This document shows positions 31,710-40,464 of a stretch of DNA of 64,000 nt, piece after piece. The notes under the pieces are model-generated. The model was not told the origin of the DNA, ran no database searches, and saw nothing but the letters and a program-made list of their open reading frames with translations. Positions within the stretch are counted from its first letter, which is position 1; every line of letters starts with the position of its first letter. Origin of the DNA: an uncultured delta proteobacterium (GTDB taxonomy: Bacteria; Myxococcota_A; Polyangia; Polyangiales; B10-G4); NCBI GenBank assembly GCA_963727445.1, contig CAVSGI010000010.1:704001-768000 (forward strand), in the 5' to 3' direction. The position numbers were made by a program, and so were the translations under genes.

Positions 31710-32690
31710 TCACTCGCTGAAGACGGCTCGAGCGATCTCTCCGCTCCGGGTCCTCGCCCACACCAACTCGACGCCGTTCGAGGCGATGCCGAAGGGCAGG
31801 CGTTGGCCTTCGATGATGCACAGCGATGCTCCATCGAGGGAGGCCACCCCCACTGCGCCTCGGTCGTCGAACGACGTCCACGCCACACGCGCGTCGTCCA
31901 CGGCAATCCCCCTCGGGGTCACGAGATGCTCGGCGATGAGCTCCGGCTCGCCCCCGCTAACCGGTATTCGCATGACCGCTCTGCTCCCCGCGTCGGCCCA
32001 ATAGACGAAGCCGTCGCGAACGGCGACATCCTGCGGCGCCCATCCGGGGTCGGTCGCGAGGATCATCGCCTCCGAGCCATCGAGGGCTGCGCGGTGGATC
32101 GCTGCGCCCGTGGCTCCCGCCGCGGCCCAGACCACCACCCCATCGCCAAGTGCGATGCCCGAGGGGAGCCCCTGCCCGTCGGCGATGGTGGCGAGCGCAG
32201 AGCCATCGAGGCCCACGTGCATCACGGTTCCCGCGTCCTCGTCGGTCCAGTAGACGCCTGTTTCGTCGACTGAGATCCGCCCGGGCCGCATCTGGTCGGA
32301 CGCAATCATCGTGGGCGCTTCGGCGCCATTCACGGGCGCCACGCCAATGGTTCCGTCGCCCGCATTGGTCCAGTAGACGTTGCCGTCGAAAACGGCAAGC
32401 CGCGCCGGCTCCGCCTGTCCATCCGCGACGGTCTCGACCGCCCCCCCGCTCAGCGGCATTCGTGCGATCCGCCCGCCGGTACGTTTTTCCGTCCAGTAGA
32501 CGAAGGCATCATCCAGCGCCACGCCCCAAGCGTCGGCGGCGTCGCCGGTCGAGAGCTCGGAGGTCGCGCACGGGACAGAGCCGTCGCCGCCGGAGTCTAC
32601 GGGAGCGTCCGTCGCCGAGTCCTCGACGGTGGCGTCCGAGCTATCGCACGCCATCAGTGCGACAGCTGCGAGTAGGGCCATCTCTTTCAC
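31710..32690 (-). CDS. Beta-propeller lipoprotein with 'VYWT' repeats
   Basis: Lipobox LMAC; repeated P..IAVD...VYWT units. Confidence 0.75.
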   Translation of the reverse strand: MKEMALLAAVALMACDSSDATVEDSATDAPVDSGGDGSVPCATSELSTGDAADAWGVALDDAFVYWTEKRTGGRIARMPLSGGAVETVADGQAEPARLAVFDGNVYWTNAGDGTIGVAPVNGAEAPTMIASDQMRPGRISVDETGVYWTDEDAGTVMHVGLDGSALATIADGQGLPSGIALGDGVVVWAAAGATGAAIHRAALDGSEAMILATDPGWAPQDVAVRDGFVYWADAGSRAVMRIPVSGGEPELIAEHLVTPRGIAVDDARVAWTSFDDRGAVGVASLDGASLCIIEGQRLPFGIASNGVELVWARTRSGEIARAVFSE

Positions 32691-32812
32691 TCATAGAGCC
32701 TACCTCTTCTTTGGCGGAAGCACCGGAAAGGTCGTCTGGATACTTCAGAGTCACGGCGTCTACCTGCGTCTCGGCGAACCACGTGGGGGACGATGGCGAC
32801 TGAGCGACGCCC

Positions 32813-32998
32813 TCACCCACAAACGGGAACCACCGGCGCCTCTTCGCAGCGCCATGGGTCGGCGCGACGGCGGGCGCGGGGGACCTCTTCCTTCGCGGTC
32901 GCCGTCGCGTCGGCTGCGGCGCCTGCATCGTCACCGGCGTAGGTGCAGCTCATCGAGGACAGCGCGAGGGCCAGGGCGGTCATCAGTGTACGGGTCAT
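32813..32998 (-). CDS. Short putative exported peptide/lipoprotein (3' end uncertain)
   Basis: GAGGAG RBS; MTRTLMTALALALSSMSC signal; a C5 run near 32880 may hide a frameshift. Confidence 0.35.
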   Translation of the reverse strand: MTRTLMTALALALSSMSCTYAGDDAGAAADATATAKEEVPRARRRADPWRCEEAPVVPVCG

Positions 32999-33042
32999 CT
33001 CCAACTCTCCTCTTCGGGTTTCATCCGTTTCGGGTGCGTCTC

Positions 33043-34260
33043 TCACGACGCCGAGATCTGGCTGTATGCGCGCGCGTGAAGCTTGGCGATCAGCGCCCGC
33101 TCTTCGTTGCTTCCGCCGATCGCTGCCCAGGCGGAGAGCCGGTCGCGCTCGAGCGCCGCGAGGCACCCGCGCATGTCGCCTTCCGCGTAGGACCTGAACG
33201 CCGCCACCACCCGGAGCTCGGCGTCGTCTTCGCCGCTCTGGGCGGCGCGTTCCTTGTCCTCGATGCAGCGAAGGGCTTCGACGTCGCCGAGCGCGACCGA
33301 CAGAGCAGCAGCATGAACCGCCACGAAGGGGATCCTGAGCGCACCGCCCAGCTTGCCGAGGAGCGCCTCGAGCTCGGCCCGCGGCATCCCTTCGGTCGCC
33401 GTTCCGTCGAGCGTCATGCGTCCGAAGAGCCCCCCGGCGTCGGCCAGGAGCAGCCCGAGCGCGCAATGGCTCTTGCCGGGCGCGCTCGATCGACGGTAGC
33501 GCTCGATAGCCGCCGGCGCCTCACCGCGCTCGAGCTCTCCAAGCGACAGATGCCAGTGGATGTGCCCATCGAGAGGACCCGCGGGGTCGTGCTCTGCCGC
33601 CCAGTCGCGAAGGAAGAGATACGACGCGTCCCGCTCGCCCGACTCGAGGAGCGCGTGCGCCGTGGCGTGGGCGACGAAGGGTGCGTCCGGTCGCGCTTCG
33701 AGCGCCGGCGCGAGGATCGCGAGGGCCGCCCGGGGATCGCCGAGCTCGCTCGTGTGGAAGCCGAGACGCGCAGCGAAGGCCCAGTCGTCGGCGTTGTGCG
33801 CCTCGATCGACCGGAGCACTTCCATCACCGCCTCGCGCTTCGCCTCCCCCCCGTTGAAGAAGAGGTCCCCGATGAGCAGCGTCGCGAGGAGCAGGTCTCC
33901 GGGCCGGGCGCTCAGATGTGCGCGCACCTGGTCGGCCGCACCGGGGTCTCGCCCGAGCATCGCAGCCACGCACGCGACATGACCCTGCTCCCATGGAGTC
34001 GCGCCTTCACACGACGCGAGCGCTCCCACCCGTGCGCGCTTCGCCCTCTCCTCGTCCCCCGCTCCGTGAGCCTCCATCCAGCGCGCGGCGTGGGCCAGCG
34101 CGAAGGCCGGATCGGCAGCGATGGCCTGGTCGAGGAGCTCCGGCGGCCCCGCCTGCCCCGCGTGGATGCGCTCGATCGCTTGGCGATAGAGCCCGGCGGC
34201 CTCTGCCGAGCAGGTGGTGAGGGGGAGGCCGGAGCGGTCTTGGTGAAGCGTGTCTGCCAT
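33043..34260 (-). CDS. TPR protein (TTC38-like)
   Basis: D..GLPLTT.SAEAA..Y, AIAADPAFALAHA, AHATAHAL.E.G, HIHWHL motifs. Confidence 0.75.
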   Translation of the reverse strand: MADTLHQDRSGLPLTTCSAEAAGLYRQAIERIHAGQAGPPELLDQAIAADPAFALAHAARWMEAHGAGDEERAKRARVGALASCEGATPWEQGHVACVAAMLGRDPGAADQVRAHLSARPGDLLLATLLIGDLFFNGGEAKREAVMEVLRSIEAHNADDWAFAARLGFHTSELGDPRAALAILAPALEARPDAPFVAHATAHALLESGERDASYLFLRDWAAEHDPAGPLDGHIHWHLSLGELERGEAPAAIERYRRSSAPGKSHCALGLLLADAGGLFGRMTLDGTATEGMPRAELEALLGKLGGALRIPFVAVHAAALSVALGDVEALRCIEDKERAAQSGEDDAELRVVAAFRSYAEGDMRGCLAALERDRLSAWAAIGGSNEERALIAKLHARAYSQISAS

Positions 34261-34278
34261 GAGCGGAGACTGGATTCG

Positions 34279-34314
34279 GCCCGTCGGAGCGAGCGTTGGA
34301 ATGAGCGTTGAAAT
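34279..34314 (-). promoter_or_regulatory. Three direct repeats with 12-bp period (putative operator)
   Basis: Minus strand: atTTCAACGCTc atTCCAACGCTc gcTCCGACGGgc. Confidence 0.55.
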
Positions 34315-34387
34315 TCGTCCCTTCCGTCTAGGTGCCCGAAATATCAGGCGATTGACGGTGACTCTGCGATGGCCGTAGCATCCAGCG

Positions 34388-36109
34388 GTGACGACGAGGC
34401 CAGCGCTAGAGATTCGGCTCTCCCCCGCGCTGACAGTCGAACGGGACGGAGCGGTGGTCCCGCTGCCCAAGTCGAAGAAGTCCCGGGCCCTCCTCGCATA
34501 CCTGATGCTGAGCCCGCGACCGCTCTCGCGAGAGCGACTCTGTACCCTCCTCTGGGATATCCCCGACGACCCCCGGGCGGCGCTTCGGTGGAGCCTCAGC
34601 AAGCTCCGACCGGTCACCAATGGCGACGGCGTCGAGCGCCTCTGCGCCGATCGGGTGATGGCCTGGTTCGACGCGAAAGAGTGCAGCATCGACTGGCTCA
34701 CGCTTCGGGCGGCCAGCGCGACGGGCTTCGAGGGGATCGACGCGGTCCAGCTCGCGTCGTGGAGCAACGCACTCACCAGCGGCCTGTTGGTCGACGTGGA
34801 CCTCCCCGATCACCTCGACTATCAGGCGTGGCTGGTCGCGCTGCGCCGCGAAGCCGCCGACCTCGCCAGCGCGCTCGCGACCGCGCGCGGAGAGCAGGCC
34901 CAGGACACCGTCGATGCGTTCGACAGCCCCTCGGTCGCCGTCCTTCCTTTCGCCAATCGATCCTCCGATCCGGACGACGAATACTTCGCCGACGAACTGA
35001 GCGAGGACCTCATCACCGCCCTCGCCTCCTTCAAGTCCTTCCCCGTCATCTGTCGGAACTCCACGTTCACCTACAAGGGCCAGAACGTGCGCATCGAGGA
35101 GGTGGGCGCAGAGCTCGGGGCACGCTACGTGCTGGAGGGCAGCGTGCGGCGTGCTGGAGAGCGCGTCCGCATCACGGTTCAGCTCGTCGATGCGGAAAGC
35201 GGCCGAGAGATCTGGGCACAACGCATCGACCGCCAGCTCGAGGACGTCTTCGCGGTCCAGGACGAGATCACCAAGCGCGTGGTCGGGGCGATCACCCCCG
35301 AGCTCCACTCCGCCGAGCTGCGCCGGTCCTCCGCCAAAGGCACCGACGACCTCAACGCCTGGGACTACTACATCCGGGGCATCAGCTTCTTCAATCGCGA
35401 GGAGCCGTCCGACAATCATCGGGCCCGCGAGCTCTTCGAAAAGGCGACCGACCGCGACCCGAGCTACGCTGAGGCCTGGGCCCGGCGCGCCTGGACCCAC
35501 ATCCGCGACATCGACATGCGGGCCACGGACAGCCGCGAGCAGAGCCTCGGCGAGGCTTTCGAGCTCGCACGCCGCGCCATTTCCCTCGACGACGGATCAG
35601 CCTCGGCGCACCTCTGCCTCGGCAGCTGCCACGTCTGGCGCGAAGAGCTCGAGCAGGGTCTTCTGCAGGCGCAGCGCGCGCTCACCCTCAACCCGAGCTA
35701 CGCCCTGGCGGCGCTGGCCGTGGGCAATCGCCTCGACCTTCTCGGCGACAGCGCCCGAGGCATCGCCCAGATGGAGCGCGCGATGCAGCTCAACCCGCGC
35801 GACCCGGCGCGCTGGCATTACATGGGTTTCCTCTCGCGCGCCCATGGGGCGACCGGCGCGCACGCAACGGCGTTGCGCTGGGCGGAGCAGGCCCGCGCGC
35901 TCAAGCCCACCGACGCCGACGTGTGTTTCCGGGGGATCCTCTGCCTGGCCAACCTCGATCGCATGGGCGAAGCTCACGCACTCTGTGAGGAGTGCGAGCG
36001 CCTCGAGCCTGGCTACATGGAGAGTCGCGCCGCGGTCTGGTCCCCCTATCGAGACGAGGAGCGCAACGAGGTGCTCTTCGCCGGTGTGCGGCGCCACGGT
36101 CTGCTCTGA
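34388..36109 (+). CDS. Transcriptional regulator: SARP-like winged-helix/BTAD-like N-terminus, TolB_N-like domain, TPRs
   Basis: KSRALLAYL...SRERLCTLLW..PDDPRAALRWSLSKLR; PSVAVLPFAN.S.D...YFAD..SEDLI; YVLEGSVRR; TPRs. Confidence 0.85.
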   Translation: MTTRPALEIRLSPALTVERDGAVVPLPKSKKSRALLAYLMLSPRPLSRERLCTLLWDIPDDPRAALRWSLSKLRPVTNGDGVERLCADRVMAWFDAKECSIDWLTLRAASATGFEGIDAVQLASWSNALTSGLLVDVDLPDHLDYQAWLVALRREAADLASALATARGEQAQDTVDAFDSPSVAVLPFANRSSDPDDEYFADELSEDLITALASFKSFPVICRNSTFTYKGQNVRIEEVGAELGARYVLEGSVRRAGERVRITVQLVDAESGREIWAQRIDRQLEDVFAVQDEITKRVVGAITPELHSAELRRSSAKGTDDLNAWDYYIRGISFFNREEPSDNHRARELFEKATDRDPSYAEAWARRAWTHIRDIDMRATDSREQSLGEAFELARRAISLDDGSASAHLCLGSCHVWREELEQGLLQAQRALTLNPSYALAALAVGNRLDLLGDSARGIAQMERAMQLNPRDPARWHYMGFLSRAHGATGAHATALRWAEQARALKPTDADVCFRGILCLANLDRMGEAHALCEECERLEPGYMESRAAVWSPYRDEERNEVLFAGVRRHGLL

Positions 36110-36146
36110 ATTCGGCTCCGCGTCGGTCATTTCGACCGTTGGAACC

Positions 36147-36182
36147 GATTCAACGCTGAGCACCACGCTGAATTCGACGCCG
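36147..36182 (+). promoter_or_regulatory. Three direct repeats with 12-bp period (putative operator) upstream of the OsmC-like gene
   Basis: TTCAACGCT (36149), CACCACGCT (36161), TTCGACGCC (36173). Confidence 0.55.
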
Positions 36183-36247
36183 CCCCTGCACGGTCAGAGT
36201 CGTCCGGTGATGGACCGGGCGATTCGAAAGACCGACAGGAGATCGAA

Positions 36248-36814
36248 ATGACCAACGCAGCTCAGACCGTGAACAATGGCGTCAACGTGAACGCGCTCCT
36301 CGGCGCCAAGGAAGCGCTCGCCGGCGCCCCCGACGCCGCGCGCTTCAAGTGGCGCGCGACGAGCGAATGGCTCGAGGGCACCCACAGCCGCTCGAGCATC
36401 GACGGATTCTTCGGCCTCGGCGAAGAGCAGAAGCACCGTGAGCGCTTCGCCTTCACGATGGACCACCCGGAGGTATTCGCGTCCGAGGACAAGGGGGCCA
36501 CGCCGGTGGAGATGGTCCTGGTGGGCCTCGCCGGATGCCTCACCGCGGGCATCGCCGCCATCGCCCAGCACCGCAACATCCAGCTCCGCTCGGTGAAGGC
36601 CATCGTCGAAGGCAGCATGGACATCCGCGGCATCCTCGGCGCGTGCGAGGACACTCGCAACGGCTTCGACGGCATCTCCGTCCATTACGAGATCGACGCG
36701 GACGCCACGGCCGACGACATCGCGGCGCTCGTCGCGCAGTCCCAGAAGCGCTCCGCCGTCTTCGACGTCATCGCCAACCCGACCGACGTCTCCGTCAGCG
36801 CGAGCAAAGTGTGA
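36248..36814 (+). CDS. OsmC family protein
   Basis: NNGVNV..L, DHP..FASED.G.TPVE..L..LAGCLT, G..D.RGILG, SQKRSAV. Confidence 0.88.
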   Translation: MTNAAQTVNNGVNVNALLGAKEALAGAPDAARFKWRATSEWLEGTHSRSSIDGFFGLGEEQKHRERFAFTMDHPEVFASEDKGATPVEMVLVGLAGCLTAGIAAIAQHRNIQLRSVKAIVEGSMDIRGILGACEDTRNGFDGISVHYEIDADATADDIAALVAQSQKRSAVFDVIANPTDVSVSASKV

Positions 36815-38097
36815 GCCTGTCGCGCCTCATCCACGGGCCGGCCGGCACCGTCGACGTCGTCGTCATCGGTGCCGGCCACTCGGGCCTCGCGATGAGCTAC
36901 GCGCTCTCGCAGCGTGGGATCGACCACGTCGTCCTCGAGCGCGGGGAGGTGGCGCAAAGCTGGCGCAGCGAGCGTTGGGACTCCCTGCGGCTCCTGACGC
37001 CCAACTGGATGACGCGCCTTCCGGGGAAGGATTACGAAGGCGACGATCCCGACGGTTACATGCGGGCCAGTGAAGTGGCCCGCTTCATCGCGGAGTACGC
37101 CGATCACACGAGCGCCCCCGTGTTCACGCAGACGTCGGTGCGGCGCGTTTCGAAGAGCGCCGGTGGCTATCGCGTCGAGACCGACCGCGGAGACGTGGCC
37201 TGCCGGGCGGTGGTCCTCGCGAACGGCGCTCACGGCGAGGCGCGCATTCCGCCGCTGGCGGCCGCCCTTCCCTCGCGGGTCGCGCAGCTCTCCGCGAAGT
37301 CCTACAAGAACCCCTCGCAGCTCGACGCAGGCGGAGTGCTCGTCGTCGGCGCCTCGGCCACGGGCCTTCAGCTCGCCGACGAGATCGCCCGCACCGGCCG
37401 GCGCGTCGTCCTGGCCGCCGGGGAGCACGTCCGCTTGCCGCGCTTGTACAGGGGCCGCGACATCCAGTGGTGGATGCTCGCCTCGGGCGTCCTCGACCGG
37501 CGAATCGAAGACGAGGACGACCCGGCGCGCGCGCGTCGCGTGCCGTCTCCGCAGCTCGTGGGCACCGCCGACCGCGCGACCCTCGACCTCGCCTCGCTGA
37601 AGGGCCGCGGCGTCGAGATCGTCGGGCGCCTCGCCGGTGTCCGTGGCAACGCAGCGCTCTTTTCTGGCTCACTCCGAAACGTCTGCACCCTCGCCGACCT
37701 CAAGATGAACCGCCTGCTCGGCGAGCTCGATGCGTGGGCCGTCGCGAACGGGGTGACGCGCGAGGTCGATCCTGTCGAGCGCTTCGCCCCGACGCCGGTG
37801 TCGGGCTCACCGCGCCTCTCCCTCGGGCTCGGCGAGGAGATCTGCACCGTCCTGTGGGCCACCGGCTTTCGCCCGAGCTACCCCTGGCTCGATGTCCCGG
37901 TCCTCGACACGAAGGGCCGGCTCCGCCACGACCGCGGTGTCGTCGACGCCCCGGGCGTCTACGCGTTGGGATTGCCTTTCCTCCGACGTCGGAAGTCGAG
38001 CTTCATCCACGGCGCAGCGAACGACGTCCGCGATCTGTCGCCGCACCTCGCCGCATACCTCGACCGGACCTCGAGGGCGCGCGCCGTCCACGTCTGA
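36811..38097 (+). CDS. Flavin-containing monooxygenase-like FAD/NAD(P) oxidoreductase
   Basis: VIGAGHSGLA, W...RWDSLRLLTPNW, VVGASATG.Q.A.E, WATGF; GTGA overlap with the OsmC stop. Confidence 0.88.
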   Translation: MSLSRLIHGPAGTVDVVVIGAGHSGLAMSYALSQRGIDHVVLERGEVAQSWRSERWDSLRLLTPNWMTRLPGKDYEGDDPDGYMRASEVARFIAEYADHTSAPVFTQTSVRRVSKSAGGYRVETDRGDVACRAVVLANGAHGEARIPPLAAALPSRVAQLSAKSYKNPSQLDAGGVLVVGASATGLQLADEIARTGRRVVLAAGEHVRLPRLYRGRDIQWWMLASGVLDRRIEDEDDPARARRVPSPQLVGTADRATLDLASLKGRGVEIVGRLAGVRGNAALFSGSLRNVCTLADLKMNRLLGELDAWAVANGVTREVDPVERFAPTPVSGSPRLSLGLGEEICTVLWATGFRPSYPWLDVPVLDTKGRLRHDRGVVDAPGVYALGLPFLRRRKSSFIHGAANDVRDLSPHLAAYLDRTSRARAVHV

Positions 38098-38260
38098 CCA
38101 TGAATGGGGGTGTTCTGCACTGATTGATTCCGCTCTCATTGCAGAGCAGAAGGCTCGTTGTAGCTCCACGACGTTGGAACACGAATCCTGCAGAGAAACC
38201 CTCCGGTGAATACGGCATCCATGTTTCACTCGTCGAAGCTGGCGCGAAAGGAGCCGAACC

Positions 38261-39292
38261 ATGAAGCAACTCATCTCGTCCACCGCAGTCATCATCGTGT
38301 TTGCGCTCTTTGCGTGCGCATGCGGATCCACCACCACGGTGGCCTCGACGCCCGCGCACGACCAATCCGCTGCACAGGATCCCGCACCCGCGGCCGACCC
38401 ACCGGCCGAAACCGCCGCCGCGCCGGAGGACACCGCGCCCACCACGGAAGCGGTCGCTTCGCAGGATGACGAAGCAGCTCGAGCGCCCGCCGAGGAAGAG
38501 TCCGGAGACGAGGAGGCGCTCCCGGATCGCGAAGAGCTCATCGCGATGACCGTCGAACAGCGGCGCGAGCTCCTCGACCAGACGCGGCAGGACAGGCAGG
38601 AGGCGATGCGGGCGGCTGTGCAGGCGGAGCGCACCGCTGTGCAGGAGGCCGCCGAAGCCAAGCGTCAGGCGATCGCCGAGGCGCAGGAGCAGATGCGGGC
38701 GCAGATCACCGAGGCCACGGAAACGCGTGACGCCGCGGTCGCGGAGGCCCGTACGGCGGTGACCGAAGCCCGGCAGGCGGAGCGCGAGGCGCGGTCGGCG
38801 GCGCAGGAGAAGCAGCAAGAAGCGCGCGCGGCGCAGCGGGAAGCGAACCAGGCGGCGCGAGAGCTCGAGGGCGACGAGCGGCAGCAGGCGATCACCGCCG
38901 CGCGCGAAGCGCTCGCGGCGAAGCTGGAGGAGATCGACCAGGAGCGCGATGCGGCGATCGAAGCGGCGCGCACCGCGATTCAGGAAGCGAGGGCCGCCGA
39001 GGCCGCTGCGAGAGAAGCCGCTACCGAAGCGCAGGCCGAAGCTCGGCGCGGCTTCGCGGAGGCTCGCCGTGCAGCGACCCAGGCGGAGCAAGAGGCCGTG
39101 GCGGCCGCCGCCGAGGCCAAGCAGCAGGCGCGAGAGGCAGCGACCGAGCATGCGAGCCAGCTCCACGATCTGATCGTGGAAGCCGGCGAGGAAGCGCAGA
39201 CCCGTGAGCGGGCCGCGGCGCGTGAAGAGGCGAATCAGGAAGAAGAGGCCGAGGCGGAAGAAGCGCAGCCGGCCGAAGCGACCAACGGCTGA
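38261..39292 (+). CDS. Ala/Glu/Gln-rich coiled-coil lipoprotein
   Basis: AAGGAG RBS; lipobox ACAC; long helical A/E/Q/R-rich region. Confidence 0.75.
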   Translation: MKQLISSTAVIIVFALFACACGSTTTVASTPAHDQSAAQDPAPAADPPAETAAAPEDTAPTTEAVASQDDEAARAPAEEESGDEEALPDREELIAMTVEQRRELLDQTRQDRQEAMRAAVQAERTAVQEAAEAKRQAIAEAQEQMRAQITEATETRDAAVAEARTAVTEARQAEREARSAAQEKQQEARAAQREANQAARELEGDERQQAITAAREALAAKLEEIDQERDAAIEAARTAIQEARAAEAAAREAATEAQAEARRGFAEARRAATQAEQEAVAAAAEAKQQAREAATEHASQLHDLIVEAGEEAQTRERAAAREEANQEEEAEAEEAQPAEATNG

Positions 39293-39295
39293 TGA

Positions 39296-39922
39296 TCAGG
39301 GCTCGCCCCTGTCCGCTTCCGACGGAGGCGGGCAGAGGCGACCGTCGCATGCGGTGGGGTCCGCGCCGGCGCTGCAGTCGACCCGCGTGCACGCGAAGTG
39401 GTGGCGGAAGTAACACGGGTACTCGGCGAGCACCGTGTCGCAGACGCCGCAAGCATCGAGACCGCAGCCCGCCCATCCGTCCGACCCGCCGCTCGCGCAC
39501 ACGCATCGATCGGCCGGCCCCGGCGCCGGGCAGTCGGCGTTGCATGTGAAGTAGCTGCCGGCGCAGTCGGTGTTTCTCTGGCAGCGCGGGTGGTTCTCCC
39601 AGTAGCAGGGCGCGTCGGCGACGAGGTCCTCACAGACCCAGACGCCGCTGCCCCTGCAGCCGTCCCAGCTGCCGGGAGTGCCCATGTCGAACTCGTCGTT
39701 GCAGCGACACCAGTTGCCTGCGGGGCTGCAGGCGCGAAATCCGAGTCCGTCGGCGCCGCATCGGATGATTCGCCCCGGCCGGCAGCTGCCGTCGGGTGGT
39801 GGGGCGGTGTCGCGTACGACGGTCGTGTCGTGCGGTGTGGAGGAGTCGGTCACCGAGCGGTCGTGCACCTGATAGCAACCCGCCGACGTGACCATGGCGA
39901 CGAGGAGGAAGACGACACGCAT
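39296..39922 (-). CDS. Cys-rich lipoprotein with internal duplication
   Basis: Lipobox SAGC; two W.GC...CxxxxAxxPCY modules. Confidence 0.65.
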   Translation of the reverse strand: MRVVFLLVAMVTSAGCYQVHDRSVTDSSTPHDTTVVRDTAPPPDGSCRPGRIIRCGADGLGFRACSPAGNWCRCNDEFDMGTPGSWDGCRGSGVWVCEDLVADAPCYWENHPRCQRNTDCAGSYFTCNADCPAPGPADRCVCASGGSDGWAGCGLDACGVCDTVLAEYPCYFRHHFACTRVDCSAGADPTACDGRLCPPPSEADRGEP

Positions 39923-39993
39923 GGGGCACCTTGCCACCGCACGCGATGGTTGTCTTCCCCCCGCCGCCTGCGTAATGAGGTAGAAAGCCTCCC

Positions 39994-40464
39994 GTGAAGG
40001 AGCGCGAGGAGGCGATCGTCGGCGGGGAGCCGGAGCCGAAATGGAAGCCGCGGGTGCGGATCTTCCTCGGCGTCTTCCTGGTGGCCCAGGTGCTGATCCC
40101 GCTCCGCTACTACTTCGGGTCGGACCCGTACGACGAGCGGTTCAGCTGGCGAATGTTCTCGGCGGTGCGGGTGCACCAGTGCCGGGTTCAGGCGACGGAG
40201 ACCATCGGGGGCACCCCTCGTCCGATCGATCTGAATCGGGAGATCCACCGGGCGTGGATCAACACCCTGAGCCGCAACCGCGACGCGGTGACCGAGAAGT
40301 TCCTGCGCGCTCGGTGTGAGGGCGAAGGGGTGACCGAGGTGGTGGTCACAAACAACTGTGTCGCTCCGGACGGTACCCGGGTCGATCCCATCGTCTGGAC
40401 GCGCGACTGCGCGAGCGGTGAGGTCTCGGAGCCGGAGATCGAGCTCGGGAGGGACGGATCGTGA
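39994..40464 (+). CDS. Single-TM protein resembling the post-HTTM segment of vitamin K-dependent carboxylase homologs
   Basis: QVLIPLRYY....DERFSWRMF motif; stop overlaps the next start (GTGA). Confidence 0.6.
   Translation: MKEREEAIVGGEPEPKWKPRVRIFLGVFLVAQVLIPLRYYFGSDPYDERFSWRMFSAVRVHQCRVQATETIGGTPRPIDLNREIHRAWINTLSRNRDAVTEKFLRARCEGEGVTEVVVTNNCVAPDGTRVDPIVWTRDCASGEVSEPEIELGRDGS

Noticed and set aside
38213..38228. sigma54 promoter before the coiled-coil lipoprotein (CGGCATCCATGTTTCA)
   Set aside because: -12 element reads TC; plausible variant but unsupported
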